Source of the DNA: Candidatus Omnitrophota bacterium
GTDB taxonomy: Bacteria; Omnitrophota; Gorgyraeia; JABMRG01; JAFGKX01
Assembly: GCA_043797125.1 (NCBI GenBank)
Contig: JAZDPX010000032.1
Span: 10,425 to 74,424 of the forward strand
DNA: 64,000 nucleotides
Reading direction: 5' to 3'
Shown here piece after piece: positions 1 through 9,643 of the stretch. Both the position numbers and the translations under genes were made by a program. Every line of letters begins with the position of its first letter. The first letter of the stretch is position 1. A model generated the notes under the pieces. The model was not told where the DNA came from. It saw nothing but the letters and a program-made list of their open reading frames with translations, and made no database searches.

Positions 1-99
1 TGCTTGTTTATAAAGAATCATAATATAAAAAGCAAGGTTAGAATTTTTAGTAGCAGCCTTAATTATTTTATCGAATTGTGCAAGTTTAAAAAAAGCCTA

Positions 100-708
100 A
101 TGCTTGGTGAAAACAAAGGCATTATCTATTGGAACCCCACGATCTACAGATTTTTTATGCAGCTACTTTACGGAAAGAATTTTTACGCCAGGTATAAGGC
201 TATTGCAGAATATATACCCGAGCACTCATCAGTAATTGATGTCTGCTGCGGAGACGGTTATCTTTATTATGATTTTTTAAAGCCCAAGAATATAGAGTAT
301 ACGGGCTTAGACATAAATGTGGCCTTTATTTTGGATGCACAGAGTAAAAAAGTTAATGTAAGGCTTTTCGACGTCAAGAGCGACCCCTTACCAAAAGCCG
401 AATATATCGTTATGCAGGCAAGCCTATGCCAATTTATACCGGACCAAAATATAATATTAGAAAAACTTCTTAACTCAGCCACAAAAGCAGTTATCATATC
501 AGAACCAATTCAGAATCTGTCTAATTCAAGAAACCCAATAATATCTTTTATGGTTAGAAAGTTAGCTAAGCTGACAACAGGGTCTACTGTAGAAAGATTT
601 AACGAGAAAAGCCTGGAAGAACTTTTTAATAAGCATAACAGCCTATTAAAGGCTAGGTTTAAGATTCCTGGCGGCCGTGAAATGATCGGTGTTTTTGAAC
701 GCAAATAA
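100..708 (+). CDS. Class I SAM-dependent methyltransferase (start uncertain; frame is open from position 4, so the gene may begin upstream of the window)
   Basis: Glycine-rich SAM-binding motif VIDVCCGDGYLYY about 60 aa into the ORF, followed by an acidic-loop-like LDIN. ATG at 100 follows an AT-rich upstream stretch. Confidence 0.55.
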   Translation: MLGENKGIIYWNPTIYRFFMQLLYGKNFYARYKAIAEYIPEHSSVIDVCCGDGYLYYDFLKPKNIEYTGLDINVAFILDAQSKKVNVRLFDVKSDPLPKAEYIVMQASLCQFIPDQNIILEKLLNSATKAVIISEPIQNLSNSRNPIISFMVRKLAKLTTGSTVERFNEKSLEELFNKHNSLLKARFKIPGGREMIGVFERK

Positions 709-723
709 AACAAAACAGTTTTT

Positions 724-2364
724 ATGTTTGTTAAATCAATTTTAATTTTAGCAGTATTTTTATATTTATTTTTTAGTTTGTTGGTCCAAGATATTGGCAG
801 TTTCGATGAATCATATTTGATTGTAGCGGCCAAGACTATAAATCAAGGCATAGCTTACTATCGGGATGTAATTTGTATTGTTCCGCCATTAAGCCTATAT
901 CTGTGCGCCTTTTTTATAAAGCCATTCAATAGCCCGATTTTTGCATCGCGCATTCTTGAGCTGTTTATCTTACTTGCCTCCCTGATTCTATTATACAAAA
1001 CAATCAAGCATCTTAAGGTGTCTGAAAGTTTTACCTATTTTATTTTGCTGTTATTCGCCTATAGATTGCAATCGCTTAGACATTGGTACAGTTATAATAC
1101 TCTTTGTGTGATGTTTTCATTAATATCGCTTTTATGTTTTCTAAAATTTTTAAATAAAAGATCGTATAAACATATTTTTTTAGCAGGCCTGTTTCTGGGG
1201 TTAATGGCATTGACAAAACAAACCATAGCCCTTGCTTGTACTGCAGCTATAGCATTATGCCTTGTTTTTGACAGAGCCGGCAAAAAGGAGATCAGCCTTC
1301 AAAGGGTTTTATCTGTTTTAGCTTTTGGAATATCTGCGCCAATTTTGGTTGTGGTTTTTTATTATTTTAAAAATGGATTATTGCAGCAATTTGCGTCAGG
1401 GTATTTTCTTGCGATATCTACTAAATATTTTGAAAACGGAATAAGTTATTTCAGCAAGCATGCGGGTTTTAGTGACGGCGGCTGGTTGCGGTTTTATATG
1501 CTTCCGTTAATTGTAATTTTAATTTATGTATTTTTTTCGCTATACCTGTATTTTTCCAAAAAAAAGACATACCCCGTATTAGGCTATGTAGTTATATTCA
1601 GCGCGGCCAATTTCTTTGCCTTTATTTATCCGATTGCGGATATTTTTCATTTTGCCCACGCGTTTTATTTTGTAATCCTAATTATTGCCTGCGCCTACAA
1701 TATTTTTACGGCAGAGCAGCCCAGCCTTAATATAGGAAAATTTAAGTTTACGGCAGAGGATCTGGCCCTTATTTTTGTAATTTTACTATCTGCGGCAACA
1801 TATGTCATTCCTGATTATTTATCATTTGTAGTTTTATTTGTTTTTTTTGCAGAAAAAATGGCAGGAGACAATATTTTTGTCCCGTTAAGCCGTTATATTA
1901 AATTAAAATACGCTTTTTTAGTTTTATGTTTATTTTTATTTTCATCGATGTTATCCAGCACTATTGGTAACGCATGCCTGATGCATAAAAGAGTATATTA
2001 TCAAAACATATTTATATCTAAACAGCAATTTAGGCTTATCAGCGAGATTAAAAAAGAATTAGGAGATTCAAAGCAATACGTATTGCAAGCCCCCAGTTTT
2101 CCGCTCCTGTATCTTATAGGGAATTATATAAACCCTACCAGGTTTTATATAATACATCCAAACGCTGTTATGCCGCAACATCAACAGGAAATCATAGATG
2201 ATTTAAAAACAAAAAATGTCAGAACCGTAGTTTTAGACATTCCTCTTTATGCAACAGATGCCACTGGCTTTAATAGCCTTTTTCCGGATATTGCGGACTT
2301 TATTAAAAGAGAATATAGCGAATGCAAGGTGATAGATAATAAAATACATATATATAAGAAATGA
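724..2364 (+). CDS. GT-C fold glycosyltransferase, ArnT/PMT_2-like polytopic membrane protein
   Basis: 546 aa with many hydrophobic TM segments. The first extracytoplasmic loop carries a DE-x-x-Y type motif (SFDESYL) typical of the ArnT/PMT family. Confidence 0.5.
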   Translation: MFVKSILILAVFLYLFFSLLVQDIGSFDESYLIVAAKTINQGIAYYRDVICIVPPLSLYLCAFFIKPFNSPIFASRILELFILLASLILLYKTIKHLKVSESFTYFILLLFAYRLQSLRHWYSYNTLCVMFSLISLLCFLKFLNKRSYKHIFLAGLFLGLMALTKQTIALACTAAIALCLVFDRAGKKEISLQRVLSVLAFGISAPILVVVFYYFKNGLLQQFASGYFLAISTKYFENGISYFSKHAGFSDGGWLRFYMLPLIVILIYVFFSLYLYFSKKKTYPVLGYVVIFSAANFFAFIYPIADIFHFAHAFYFVILIIACAYNIFTAEQPSLNIGKFKFTAEDLALIFVILLSAATYVIPDYLSFVVLFVFFAEKMAGDNIFVPLSRYIKLKYAFLVLCLFLFSSMLSSTIGNACLMHKRVYYQNIFISKQQFRLISEIKKELGDSKQYVLQAPSFPLLYLIGNYINPTRFYIIHPNAVMPQHQQEIIDDLKTKNVRTVVLDIPLYATDATGFNSLFPDIADFIKREYSECKVIDNKIHIYKK

Positions 2365-2532
2365 AGCATTTGAAACGCTCCTTGCAGGTTTAATTTCAAC
2401 AATATGATTTATTTATTCTAATTTTATCTTGATTTGCCTTTCATGGCGGAGTATTATATTAACACTAGATGTTTTAACCAGGATTTTTATGCCTGTTCAG
2501 GAGCATTAGAACCGAAGGAGGATAGAATAATA

Positions 2533-3441
2533 ATGAAAACAAAATTATTATTGCCGGTGTTGGCAGTTATTGTATGTTTTTTAATTGTAAATTGCGCGCC
2601 TATTCTGGCCGCGGAGCTTACTTCCAAGCAGCTAAAAGACATAGAGAACGCCATAAAAAAAATAAAGGATAAGGCAAGAGGCGTCCAAAAAGAAGGTTAT
2701 GATGAACTTTTATCAATAGGGCCTGACGCGACAAGCCAGCTTATAGATTTATTAAAGGATAAAACAGTTGAAAGAGAGGCCTTGAGACAGGCATGTAATT
2801 TATTAGGAGAATACAAAACTAAGGACAAGGAAGCGGTTACGGTTTTAATATACACTTTAAAGAATCCATCCTATACTGTCCGCGCAGCTGCCTGCGAAGC
2901 GCTTGGAAAAATAGCGGATCAGTCGGCCGCGGAAGAGTTGCTTGGAATGCTTGTTGACGAGGAAAGCTTAGTCAGGGAAAAGGCAGCGTACGCTCTAATA
3001 AGTTTTGATAATAAAACCATTCCAGGAAAAGTTTGCGAACTTTTAAAAGACAAAGATGAATCTGTTAGAGTCGCAGCCATTACGCTGCTTAACGAAAAAC
3101 TGGATCCGGCAACTATTAATTCTATAATAAACACCCTGCAAAAAGACAAGGCCCCCAAAGCCCGTCAGATAGCAGCCCGGGCGCTAGGCGGCTTAAAGAA
3201 AAAGGAAACCGTCGATGTTCTTATGGAATCTGTTGTTGAAGACAGCGATAACCTTGTAAGAGAAGAGTGCGCATCTGCATTAGGGCAAATAAACGATGCA
3301 AAAGCTGTGCCAGCCCTGATAGAAGCCATAAAAGATGGCTATAAGGACGTGCAGTTAAAAGCATTATATTCGCTCAAGAAAATAACAGGTCAGGACTTTG
3401 GGAGAGATTATGAGAAATGGTCGCATTGGTATAAAAAATAG
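2533..3441 (+). CDS. HEAT/PBS-lyase repeat protein with N-terminal signal peptide
   Basis: RBS GGAGGA at 2515-2520, then ATG at 2533. Signal-like MKTKLLLPVLAVIVCFLIVNCAPILAA. Repeated ~30-aa units with VR(x)AA(x)ALG patterns (TVRAAACEALGKI, SVRVAAITLL, KARQIAARALGGL). Confidence 0.6.
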   Translation: MKTKLLLPVLAVIVCFLIVNCAPILAAELTSKQLKDIENAIKKIKDKARGVQKEGYDELLSIGPDATSQLIDLLKDKTVEREALRQACNLLGEYKTKDKEAVTVLIYTLKNPSYTVRAAACEALGKIADQSAAEELLGMLVDEESLVREKAAYALISFDNKTIPGKVCELLKDKDESVRVAAITLLNEKLDPATINSIINTLQKDKAPKARQIAARALGGLKKKETVDVLMESVVEDSDNLVREECASALGQINDAKAVPALIEAIKDGYKDVQLKALYSLKKITGQDFGRDYEKWSHWYKK

Positions 3442-3841
3442 AAGGCGAACGGGCTTTACGCTGGTTGAAATTATGATAGTGGTGTCAATTATCGCGCTTT
3501 TAGCATCTCTTTCCATACCGATTATATTGCGGGCTAGGCACAATGCTGATGAGGGCGCTGCGCAAACGTCGCTTAAAACCATATGCGGCGCTTGCGTGAG
3601 TTATTTTGGAGCCAATGAAGCATATCCTGATTCGCTTGAGCAACTTGCCGGTGAAGTGCCGCCGTATATTGACCCTGTTTTGGCCAGCGGCTCGTCCAGC
3701 GGGTATGATTTTGCATATGAGCCTGGAGATGACGGCGTCTCATTTACATGTACTGCAACTCCTCAAGTGCCGGGTAGGACAGGAACGCGCATATTTGTCA
3801 TAGATCAGAGCGGGCTTATAACAGAAAGCGAAGAAGAATAG
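3410..3841 (+). CDS. Prepilin-type N-terminal cleavage/methylation domain protein (type II secretion pseudopilin / type IV pilin-like)
   Basis: Leader ending in G, followed by FTLVEIMIVVSIIALLASL, the hallmark of class III signal peptides. Overlaps the 3' end of the upstream gene. Confidence 0.6.
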   Translation: MRNGRIGIKNRRRTGFTLVEIMIVVSIIALLASLSIPIILRARHNADEGAAQTSLKTICGACVSYFGANEAYPDSLEQLAGEVPPYIDPVLASGSSSGYDFAYEPGDDGVSFTCTATPQVPGRTGTRIFVIDQSGLITESEEE

Positions 3842-4050
3842 AGCAAAAAAGCGAGGTAAACAATGCCGCTGTATAAACTGATAAGGCCTTTAGGCATCAG
3901 TACATATATTGTTTTGTTATTAACTGTAATTTCCGGAATGCTCATATTGAAATTCCATGTAAGATGGGTCAAGATGAAATGGCATATCTGGTTGGGTTTT
4001 TTAACCCTGCTGTTAGGCACACTGCACGCAGTTATAATCCTTTTTTATAG

Positions 4051-4788
4051 ATGAAAAATTCAATGTTGTTATACGGAAGAAATTCAGTCTTTGAGCGGTT
4101 AAAGGCAAATCCATCAAGCATAAAAGGTATATATCTGCAGGATAATTTCAATATGCAGGCTATTGAGCAATTAATAAAGGCAAATAGCATTAAGGCAGAA
4201 CGTTTAAGCGCCAATAAATTATCTAATCTTAAGCCAGCCAAAGACCTGCAGGGGATTGTAGCAAGGATAGACCCATTTAAGTGTATTCCTTTTAACGATT
4301 TATTAAATCAGGCGCAAGATAAGCAGTTGACGCTTATATTTCTGGATAGGATAAATGACCCTCATAATCTCGGCGTGATTATCAGGACAGTGGCCTGCTT
4401 TGGGATGATGGCCTTAATAATTCCTGAGTTTAACGCGTGCGGCGTCAATGAAACAGTTTTACATGTGGCTTCAGGCGGCGAAAATTACGTTTCTATATCC
4501 GCAATTTCCAATATCCCCACAGCCATAATCAAGGCAAAAAAACAGGGATACTGGATAACAGGCGCTGTTGTGGACGATGACGCTGAGGATTTGAATAAAA
4601 TTTCTTTTACTTTTCCCTTAGGGCTTGTGTTTGGGTCTGAAGGCGAGGGAATCCGTTACGGTGTGCAGAAACATCTGGACCTGAAAGCGCGCATTCCCAT
4701 GGAAGGTGCTAAACTCTCGTTCAATGTCAACATGGCTTGCGGCATTTTTTGTTATGAGATTTGCAAACAAAGAGGACTGTCCATATGA
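4051..4788 (+). CDS. rlmB: SpoU/TrmH-family RNA 2'-O-methyltransferase (RlmB-like)
   Basis: Motifs LDRINDPHNLGVIIRTVACFG and LVFGSEGEGI, characteristic of the SPOUT TrmH family. An N-terminal substrate-binding-like region is present. Confidence 0.7.
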   Translation: MKNSMLLYGRNSVFERLKANPSSIKGIYLQDNFNMQAIEQLIKANSIKAERLSANKLSNLKPAKDLQGIVARIDPFKCIPFNDLLNQAQDKQLTLIFLDRINDPHNLGVIIRTVACFGMMALIIPEFNACGVNETVLHVASGGENYVSISAISNIPTAIIKAKKQGYWITGAVVDDDAEDLNKISFTFPLGLVFGSEGEGIRYGVQKHLDLKARIPMEGAKLSFNVNMACGIFCYEICKQRGLSI

Positions 4789-5390
4789 CCAAAAAGGCAA
4801 GTAAAGAGAAAGCATCTATCAGAAATATGCTAAATTTTATTTCAGAAGCAGGCATGCTTAAGCGCGTCAGCCGTTCGGGTTGGTCAGTTTTGGGGATAAA
4901 GAACGCAGAAAGCGTTGCAGATCACAGTTTCAGATGCGCTGTGATAGCTTATGTATTGGCCCGCATGGAAAACGTAGAGCCGTACAAGGCATTATTAATG
5001 GCGCTATTTAATGACATACAGGAAGCCCGCATTACCGATTTGCATAAAATGGCCCAGCGCTATATAAAAGATGTGGAGGCAGTTGAAGATAGCGCATTTT
5101 ATAAACAGATAGGTTTTCTGCCAGAGAATTTGAAGAAGGAGCTCTCGGCAATGCGTAATGAATATACACGGCAAAATACAGCAGAAAGCGTTATTGCAAG
5201 AGATGCGGATATTCTGGAATGCCTTATTCAGGCTAAAGAGTATTATCAGCACGGCTTTTTAGAAGCAGCTAAATTTATGAAAGGCGCGCCGCAATTTCTT
5301 AAAACTAAAAGCGCCAAAAACCTCTGGCGGCTTGCAAGAAAAAACGACACCAGCCGCTGGTGGTTAAGTTTGAGCGAATTTAAAAGATAG
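4785..5390 (+). CDS. HD-domain phosphohydrolase (YfbR-like)
   Basis: HD motif VADHSFRCAVIAYVLA and a downstream D residue (NDIQEARITDL). Start ATG overlaps the rlmB stop (ATGA). Confidence 0.65.
   Translation: MTKKASKEKASIRNMLNFISEAGMLKRVSRSGWSVLGIKNAESVADHSFRCAVIAYVLARMENVEPYKALLMALFNDIQEARITDLHKMAQRYIKDVEAVEDSAFYKQIGFLPENLKKELSAMRNEYTRQNTAESVIARDADILECLIQAKEYYQHGFLEAAKFMKGAPQFLKTKSAKNLWRLARKNDTSRWWLSLSEFKR
5356..5389. repeat. 34-bp direct repeat, copy 1 (3' end of HD gene); copy 2 at 5445-5478
   Basis: gctggtggttaagtttgagcgaatttaaaagata versus gctggtggttaagtttaagcgaatttaaaagata, one mismatch. The two copies flank the palindrome at 5405-5430. Confidence 0.8.
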
Positions 5391-5404
5391 AGTTATCCAC
5401 AACC

Positions 5405-5430
5405 GTAGCGCAGGCTTAAGCCTGCGCTAC
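5405..5430. repeat. CTTAAG-centred perfect palindrome (type 1) GTAGCGCAGGCTTAAGCCTGCGCTAC
   Basis: Perfect 26-bp palindrome immediately 3' of a gene. Member of a family recurring at least 8 times in the window. Confidence 0.85.
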
Positions 5431-5489
5431 CGAAAATTGCAGGAGCTGGTGGTTAAGTTTAAGCGAATTTAAAAGATAAGGAGCCCGAT

Positions 5490-6989
5490 ATGCGCTTAGT
5501 AGTTTTTTTATTGCTAATTAGCAGTATCTGTTTTTGTCCACAACTTAGTTACGCGCAGCAAAAAGATAAATTAGAGCAGGCGATATCGCTTTATCAGCAC
5601 GAGAATTATGAAGAAGCGCTCCAGCTGCTTAAGCAATTGCGCCAGGAAAACCCGGATTCTTCAAATGTCGCCTATTACACGGGCCTTACGTATAAACGCC
5701 TGCAGGATTATCCTTCTGCAAGGCCTCATCTCGAGGCAGCCGTCACGCTTAAACCGCCAGTAAAGAACGCATATATAGAACTAATAGATCTGCTTTATCA
5801 ATCCGACCAAACCGAAGATGCAAAGAAATGGATAGAGCTAGCCAGAGAGAATGAAACTTCGCCGTCACAACTTGCATTTTTCAGCGGCCTTTTATCCTTG
5901 AAAGTAAAGGATTTTGAAAGCGCTATAAAATCATTCGACGAGGCGCAAGAGCTTGATCAGGCGCTTGCAGATACCATTAAATATTATAAGGCCCTTGTAT
6001 ACGCGCAGTCAAAGCAGCTTAATAAGGCAAGGGATATTTTCAGGGAAATTATCACCAAAGACCCAACCACAGATCTTGCGGCATTTGCGGACGAGTACAT
6101 GGATGTTCTCTCTATTCAGGAAAAGGCAACCAGGCCGTTTAAGGGCTACCTGGGGTATGCGCTTCAATATGATGATAATGTTATCCTGAAGCCCAATGAT
6201 AAATCGCTGTCAACAGACACAGCGGGCGAGGATGATTGGCGTTCAGTCTTCGCAGGGTACGCGGAATATAATTTAAAGCCGTCAGATTTTTTTGGTGTGA
6301 AAACAACATATTCTATTTCTGATTCGAAGCAGTTTGATTTAGGATTCTACGACATGGTAAGCCAGGAGGTGGGGCTGCAGCCAGCATTTTATTTAAAAAA
6401 TGCGGCGGTGAGTTTTCCTGTTCGTTGCGTATTTTCAAGGTTAAACGATAAAAGGTATGTCCAGACCCTTGATGTAAGCAACTTAAATAATATAAAGATT
6501 AATAAAAACCAGATGCTTCAGGTTATGTTTCAATATAACAGGGATGATTTCAGATGGATAGTTACGGTTGACAATGACAACAAGGACTCAAATGAATATA
6601 TCGGTTCGTTAGGCTGGTTTTTGTTTTTTACAAAAAACAACGAGGGCTTTATTAACCTGCGTTATGCCGTAAATTTCGATGACGCGAAAGGCAACAACTG
6701 GAAATATTTCGGCAACAAGCTGACCTTTACCAGCACCGTTCCTATCGGGAAAAAATTAAAATGGAGCTTAGTCGGCGATTATTACAGGCAGGATTATAGA
6801 AAAATAAACACTTCTTATGATAAAGAGCGCTATGATAATATCCTGACTGTGTCAAACCTCGTGTCTTATGAAATATTTAAAGATATAGATTTGCAAATCC
6901 AGCATACATTTATGGATGATTTGGCAAGCATAGGAGTTTATAAATATAACCGCAACATATATAGCTTAGGTCTAAAATACAGATTTTAG
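5490..6989 (+). CDS. TPR-repeat protein, putative outer-membrane beta-barrel (C-terminal Phe)
   Basis: RBS AAGGAG then ATG. Signal peptide MRLVVFLLLISSICFCPQLSYA. TPR-like N-terminal third. The C-terminal half has alternating hydrophobic beta-strand patterns and ends in ...LGLKYRF, a typical OMP C-terminus. Confidence 0.45.
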   Translation: MRLVVFLLLISSICFCPQLSYAQQKDKLEQAISLYQHENYEEALQLLKQLRQENPDSSNVAYYTGLTYKRLQDYPSARPHLEAAVTLKPPVKNAYIELIDLLYQSDQTEDAKKWIELARENETSPSQLAFFSGLLSLKVKDFESAIKSFDEAQELDQALADTIKYYKALVYAQSKQLNKARDIFREIITKDPTTDLAAFADEYMDVLSIQEKATRPFKGYLGYALQYDDNVILKPNDKSLSTDTAGEDDWRSVFAGYAEYNLKPSDFFGVKTTYSISDSKQFDLGFYDMVSQEVGLQPAFYLKNAAVSFPVRCVFSRLNDKRYVQTLDVSNLNNIKINKNQMLQVMFQYNRDDFRWIVTVDNDNKDSNEYIGSLGWFLFFTKNNEGFINLRYAVNFDDAKGNNWKYFGNKLTFTSTVPIGKKLKWSLVGDYYRQDYRKINTSYDKERYDNILTVSNLVSYEIFKDIDLQIQHTFMDDLASIGVYKYNRNIYSLGLKYRF

Positions 6990-7008
6990 ACAAAAAAAGG
7001 GGTGCTTT

Positions 7009-8793
7009 ATGAAAAAGGCAGTAGTGTTTAGCGCCGGGATTATTCTCTTGATAATGGCAAACGCGTTATTTGCGCAAGAAGCAGCCCAAGTGGGTGTTGT
7101 AAGTTATCAGGAGGGCACATGCGATATCACGCATATCGAGCAAAGCCCGTTCTCTGCCCGGGAACAAGAACCCGTATATGCAGGTGACCGCTTACGGACA
7201 AAAAGTTATTCCAAGCTCGAAATAACTTTTAACGATAAAAGCGTTGTAAAGGCAGCGCCGGGCACTTGCCTGACCATAGCTGAATATTCCATCAATAATG
7301 ATAAAACAAGGCAAGGCGCGCGCATACAGCTTACAAGAGGCAAGATAGAAACAATTGTTTCCAAAACAAAAACTTCGGATACTTTTGTTATAGATACTCC
7401 CAACGCGAAAGGAAGCGTTAAAGGCTCTGATGTTTTTGTGTCTTATCAGGCAGGAAAAACAAACGTCCTTGTGAACAGCGGCACTATCCTTGTTTCGAAT
7501 TTTAGCCTGCCTAAGGATGTAATTGAAGTAACCGGGGGCGATTCCACCACAGTTAGCTTTAACGAAGCTCCGACGCAGGTTCGTCCTTTTTTTAATACCG
7601 AACAGAAATTATTCAGAAGGGATGTGGAACGCTCGCTTATTAAAAAATTCACCACCGCGGAGGGCGCGGTAAATATAAACGGCAAATTAGTTGAAGTTAT
7701 CGGCGACGTGAGTATTTTGAAAAAGGGAACAACGGAATGGAAAAAAGCTGTCAAAGGGGATATTGTTTCCGAAGGAGATAATCTTAAAACTGACAAGGAC
7801 GCAACAGCGGTAGTTTGCTTAGATAACGGTAATATGATTTACTGCCAGTCGGGCACGGAGCTCGGGGTTGAAACCTTGAACTATGACCAAAATAATTTTG
7901 AATCATCGAACGGCAGCCTTAAGTTTGTCGTAGGAGGAGGAGTGGCGCAGCAATCAACGGGTCAAGTAGCAACGGTTCAGGTAAGGACTCCGACCGCAGT
8001 TTGCGGCGTGCGAGGCACTGTAATGTATGTTAATACTCAAGAGGGTTCAACGCGGTCGTTTTTTGAAGGCGGCGACGGATTTATGACAAGCACTATTTCA
8101 GGTGAAACAGCAGATATTGTTGCCGGCCAAAATGCTACAATTGACGTTTCAGGAGTAATTTCCGCGCCTGTATATACATCGAATGAACAAAGGGAGGGCC
8201 TGGATCAGACATGGGTTATGCCGGTTGTTGACAACTATGCCACAAAAACAGAATCAAGCCCGATTAATACAGGGCCAATAATACAGCCTATGCAATTTTC
8301 AGATGCTACGCAAAAAGATCCTATGAAGATGCTGATAAAACCCTTTAATGTTTTTACATACGGCGATGTTATTAACCAAAACCCGCCGCCGCCGCCACCA
8401 CCGCCGCCAATTTACAGTATTAACCTTGTTAAAAATCCTGCAGGCTCCAACCCTGCCTTTACTACTGCAAATATGTTCTTGGATCTTTTTTCAGATCATA
8501 CGTTTAAGGCAGACGTTAATGGAACGTGGACTCCGGGTATGCCTGCAAACTGGACTTTGGTTTTTGAAAATCTTCCCGCTCAAAGCAGCAATAACGATGA
8601 TGTGAGCGTATTTAACGGAAATCAATGGTCGGATAATAGTGATGGGCCATGGAACGCAGATGTATCTGGTGTTGTGTTAGGCACTTACCCCGATAAGTCT
8701 CTTTCCGGAACAGCGAGCGGCACATACACAGGAAGCGGCGGGCCGCCGGATACATTTCAGGGGATTGCAGAAGGCACATGGAATGATATATAA
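7009..8793 (+). CDS. FecR-domain protein with signal peptide and a 10-proline tract
   Basis: Signal peptide MKKAVVFSAGIILLIMANALFA. FecR-like region (VKAAPGTCLTIAEYS...RIQLTRGKIE...GSDVFVSY). PPPPPPPPPP encoded at 8385-8411. Confidence 0.55.
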   Translation: MKKAVVFSAGIILLIMANALFAQEAAQVGVVSYQEGTCDITHIEQSPFSAREQEPVYAGDRLRTKSYSKLEITFNDKSVVKAAPGTCLTIAEYSINNDKTRQGARIQLTRGKIETIVSKTKTSDTFVIDTPNAKGSVKGSDVFVSYQAGKTNVLVNSGTILVSNFSLPKDVIEVTGGDSTTVSFNEAPTQVRPFFNTEQKLFRRDVERSLIKKFTTAEGAVNINGKLVEVIGDVSILKKGTTEWKKAVKGDIVSEGDNLKTDKDATAVVCLDNGNMIYCQSGTELGVETLNYDQNNFESSNGSLKFVVGGGVAQQSTGQVATVQVRTPTAVCGVRGTVMYVNTQEGSTRSFFEGGDGFMTSTISGETADIVAGQNATIDVSGVISAPVYTSNEQREGLDQTWVMPVVDNYATKTESSPINTGPIIQPMQFSDATQKDPMKMLIKPFNVFTYGDVINQNPPPPPPPPPIYSINLVKNPAGSNPAFTTANMFLDLFSDHTFKADVNGTWTPGMPANWTLVFENLPAQSSNNDDVSVFNGNQWSDNSDGPWNADVSGVVLGTYPDKSLSGTASGTYTGSGGPPDTFQGIAEGTWNDI

Positions 8794-9208
8794 TAATGTG
8801 AAAAGGTATGACATTTGCGCCATATTTTTGGCAATCGTCTGTATTATAATTTCAGGCTGCGCTGCCGCGACATTGCCGTATATAAGATATGAAAACAGCG
8901 AAAGGCTTAAAAAACTTTCACTCGGCATGACGAAGCAACAAGTGCTGGATATTATGGGCACAAAACCGATTAAGGCGCATAATAGTTTTGGCGAAGAGAT
9001 GGGGATTATTGATAATCCCTACAAAACTCAAGGCTTTGAAGTTGAAGGCAAAAATTACGAGGTTATATATTACTATACTCAAATTGTGCATTCCGACGGA
9101 ATAATTAATGAAGACGAATTAACGCCGCTTGTTTTTTGTGAAGATAAATTAACCGGCGCTGGCTGGGATTTTTACAGGGATATAACAAAACAACAGGGAG
9201 GAAACTAA
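8783..9208 (+). CDS. BamE/SmpA-OmlA family lipoprotein
   Basis: Lipobox-like IISGC after a hydrophobic segment. SLGMTKQQVLDIMGTKP matches the BamE core motif GMTxQQV...GTP. Confidence 0.5.
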   Translation: MIYNNVKRYDICAIFLAIVCIIISGCAAATLPYIRYENSERLKKLSLGMTKQQVLDIMGTKPIKAHNSFGEEMGIIDNPYKTQGFEVEGKNYEVIYYYTQIVHSDGIINEDELTPLVFCEDKLTGAGWDFYRDITKQQGGN

Positions 9209-9210
9209 TC

Positions 9211-9579
9211 ATGGCAGGACGTAAGGTGTTGGTTGTGGATGATGATAAGTACGTGTGCGATGTTGTTAAATTGATGTTGGAAAAGAAAGGCTGCGAAGCT
9301 GTTATTATCTCTGACGGAGAGGCGACTGTCGAAAACGCGGAAGCTGAAAAACCGGATCTTATATTATTGGACATAACTTTGCACGATATAAGCGGTTTTA
9401 AGGTTCTGGAGCGCCTGAAAAACAATCCGACTACCGAGAAAATTCCGGTGGTTATGATGACCGGCAGGGAAGATTACGCCTCTATGGCAAGGGCCAGGGG
9501 CTTGATGGCGGATGATTATCTTACAAAGCCGTTTTTATCGGATGAGTTGTTTGAGAAAATAAGCAAGTATTTCAAATAA
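9211..9579 (+). CDS. Single-domain response regulator (CheY-like receiver)
   Basis: KVLVVDDD...DLILLDITLHDISG...K near the C-terminus. 122 aa with no output domain. Confidence 0.8.
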   Translation: MAGRKVLVVDDDKYVCDVVKLMLEKKGCEAVIISDGEATVENAEAEKPDLILLDITLHDISGFKVLERLKNNPTTEKIPVVMMTGREDYASMARARGLMADDYLTKPFLSDELFEKISKYFK

Positions 9580-9600
9580 TAGCAGAATTTATATGCAATA

Positions 9601-9629
9601 AAAGGCCGCGGATATATAGCGGCCTTTTT
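9601..9629 (+). terminator. Rho-independent terminator after the response-regulator gene
   Basis: aaaGGCCGCggatatataGCGGCCttttt: a GC stem followed by a T-run, just before the moxR RBS AAGGAGG. Confidence 0.6.
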
Positions 9630-9643
9630 AAAAGGAGGCTTAT

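Noticed and set aside
2434-2532. N-terminal extension of the HEAT-repeat gene (MPFMAEYYINTRCF...)
   Set aside because: Good RBS plus ATG at 2533 followed by a clean signal peptide; the upstream part has no coding signal.
3863-4054. 63-aa small hydrophobic ORF between the pilin-like gene and rlmB
   Set aside because: Two predicted TM segments and tight spacing make it possible, but there is no RBS and no conserved motif; left uncalled (confidence about 0.25).
5393-5401. Perfect DnaA-box consensus TTATCCACA just downstream of the HD gene
   Set aside because: A single isolated box next to a palindromic repeat; no cluster of boxes, no AT-rich DUE, no dnaA/dnaN nearby. Not an origin.
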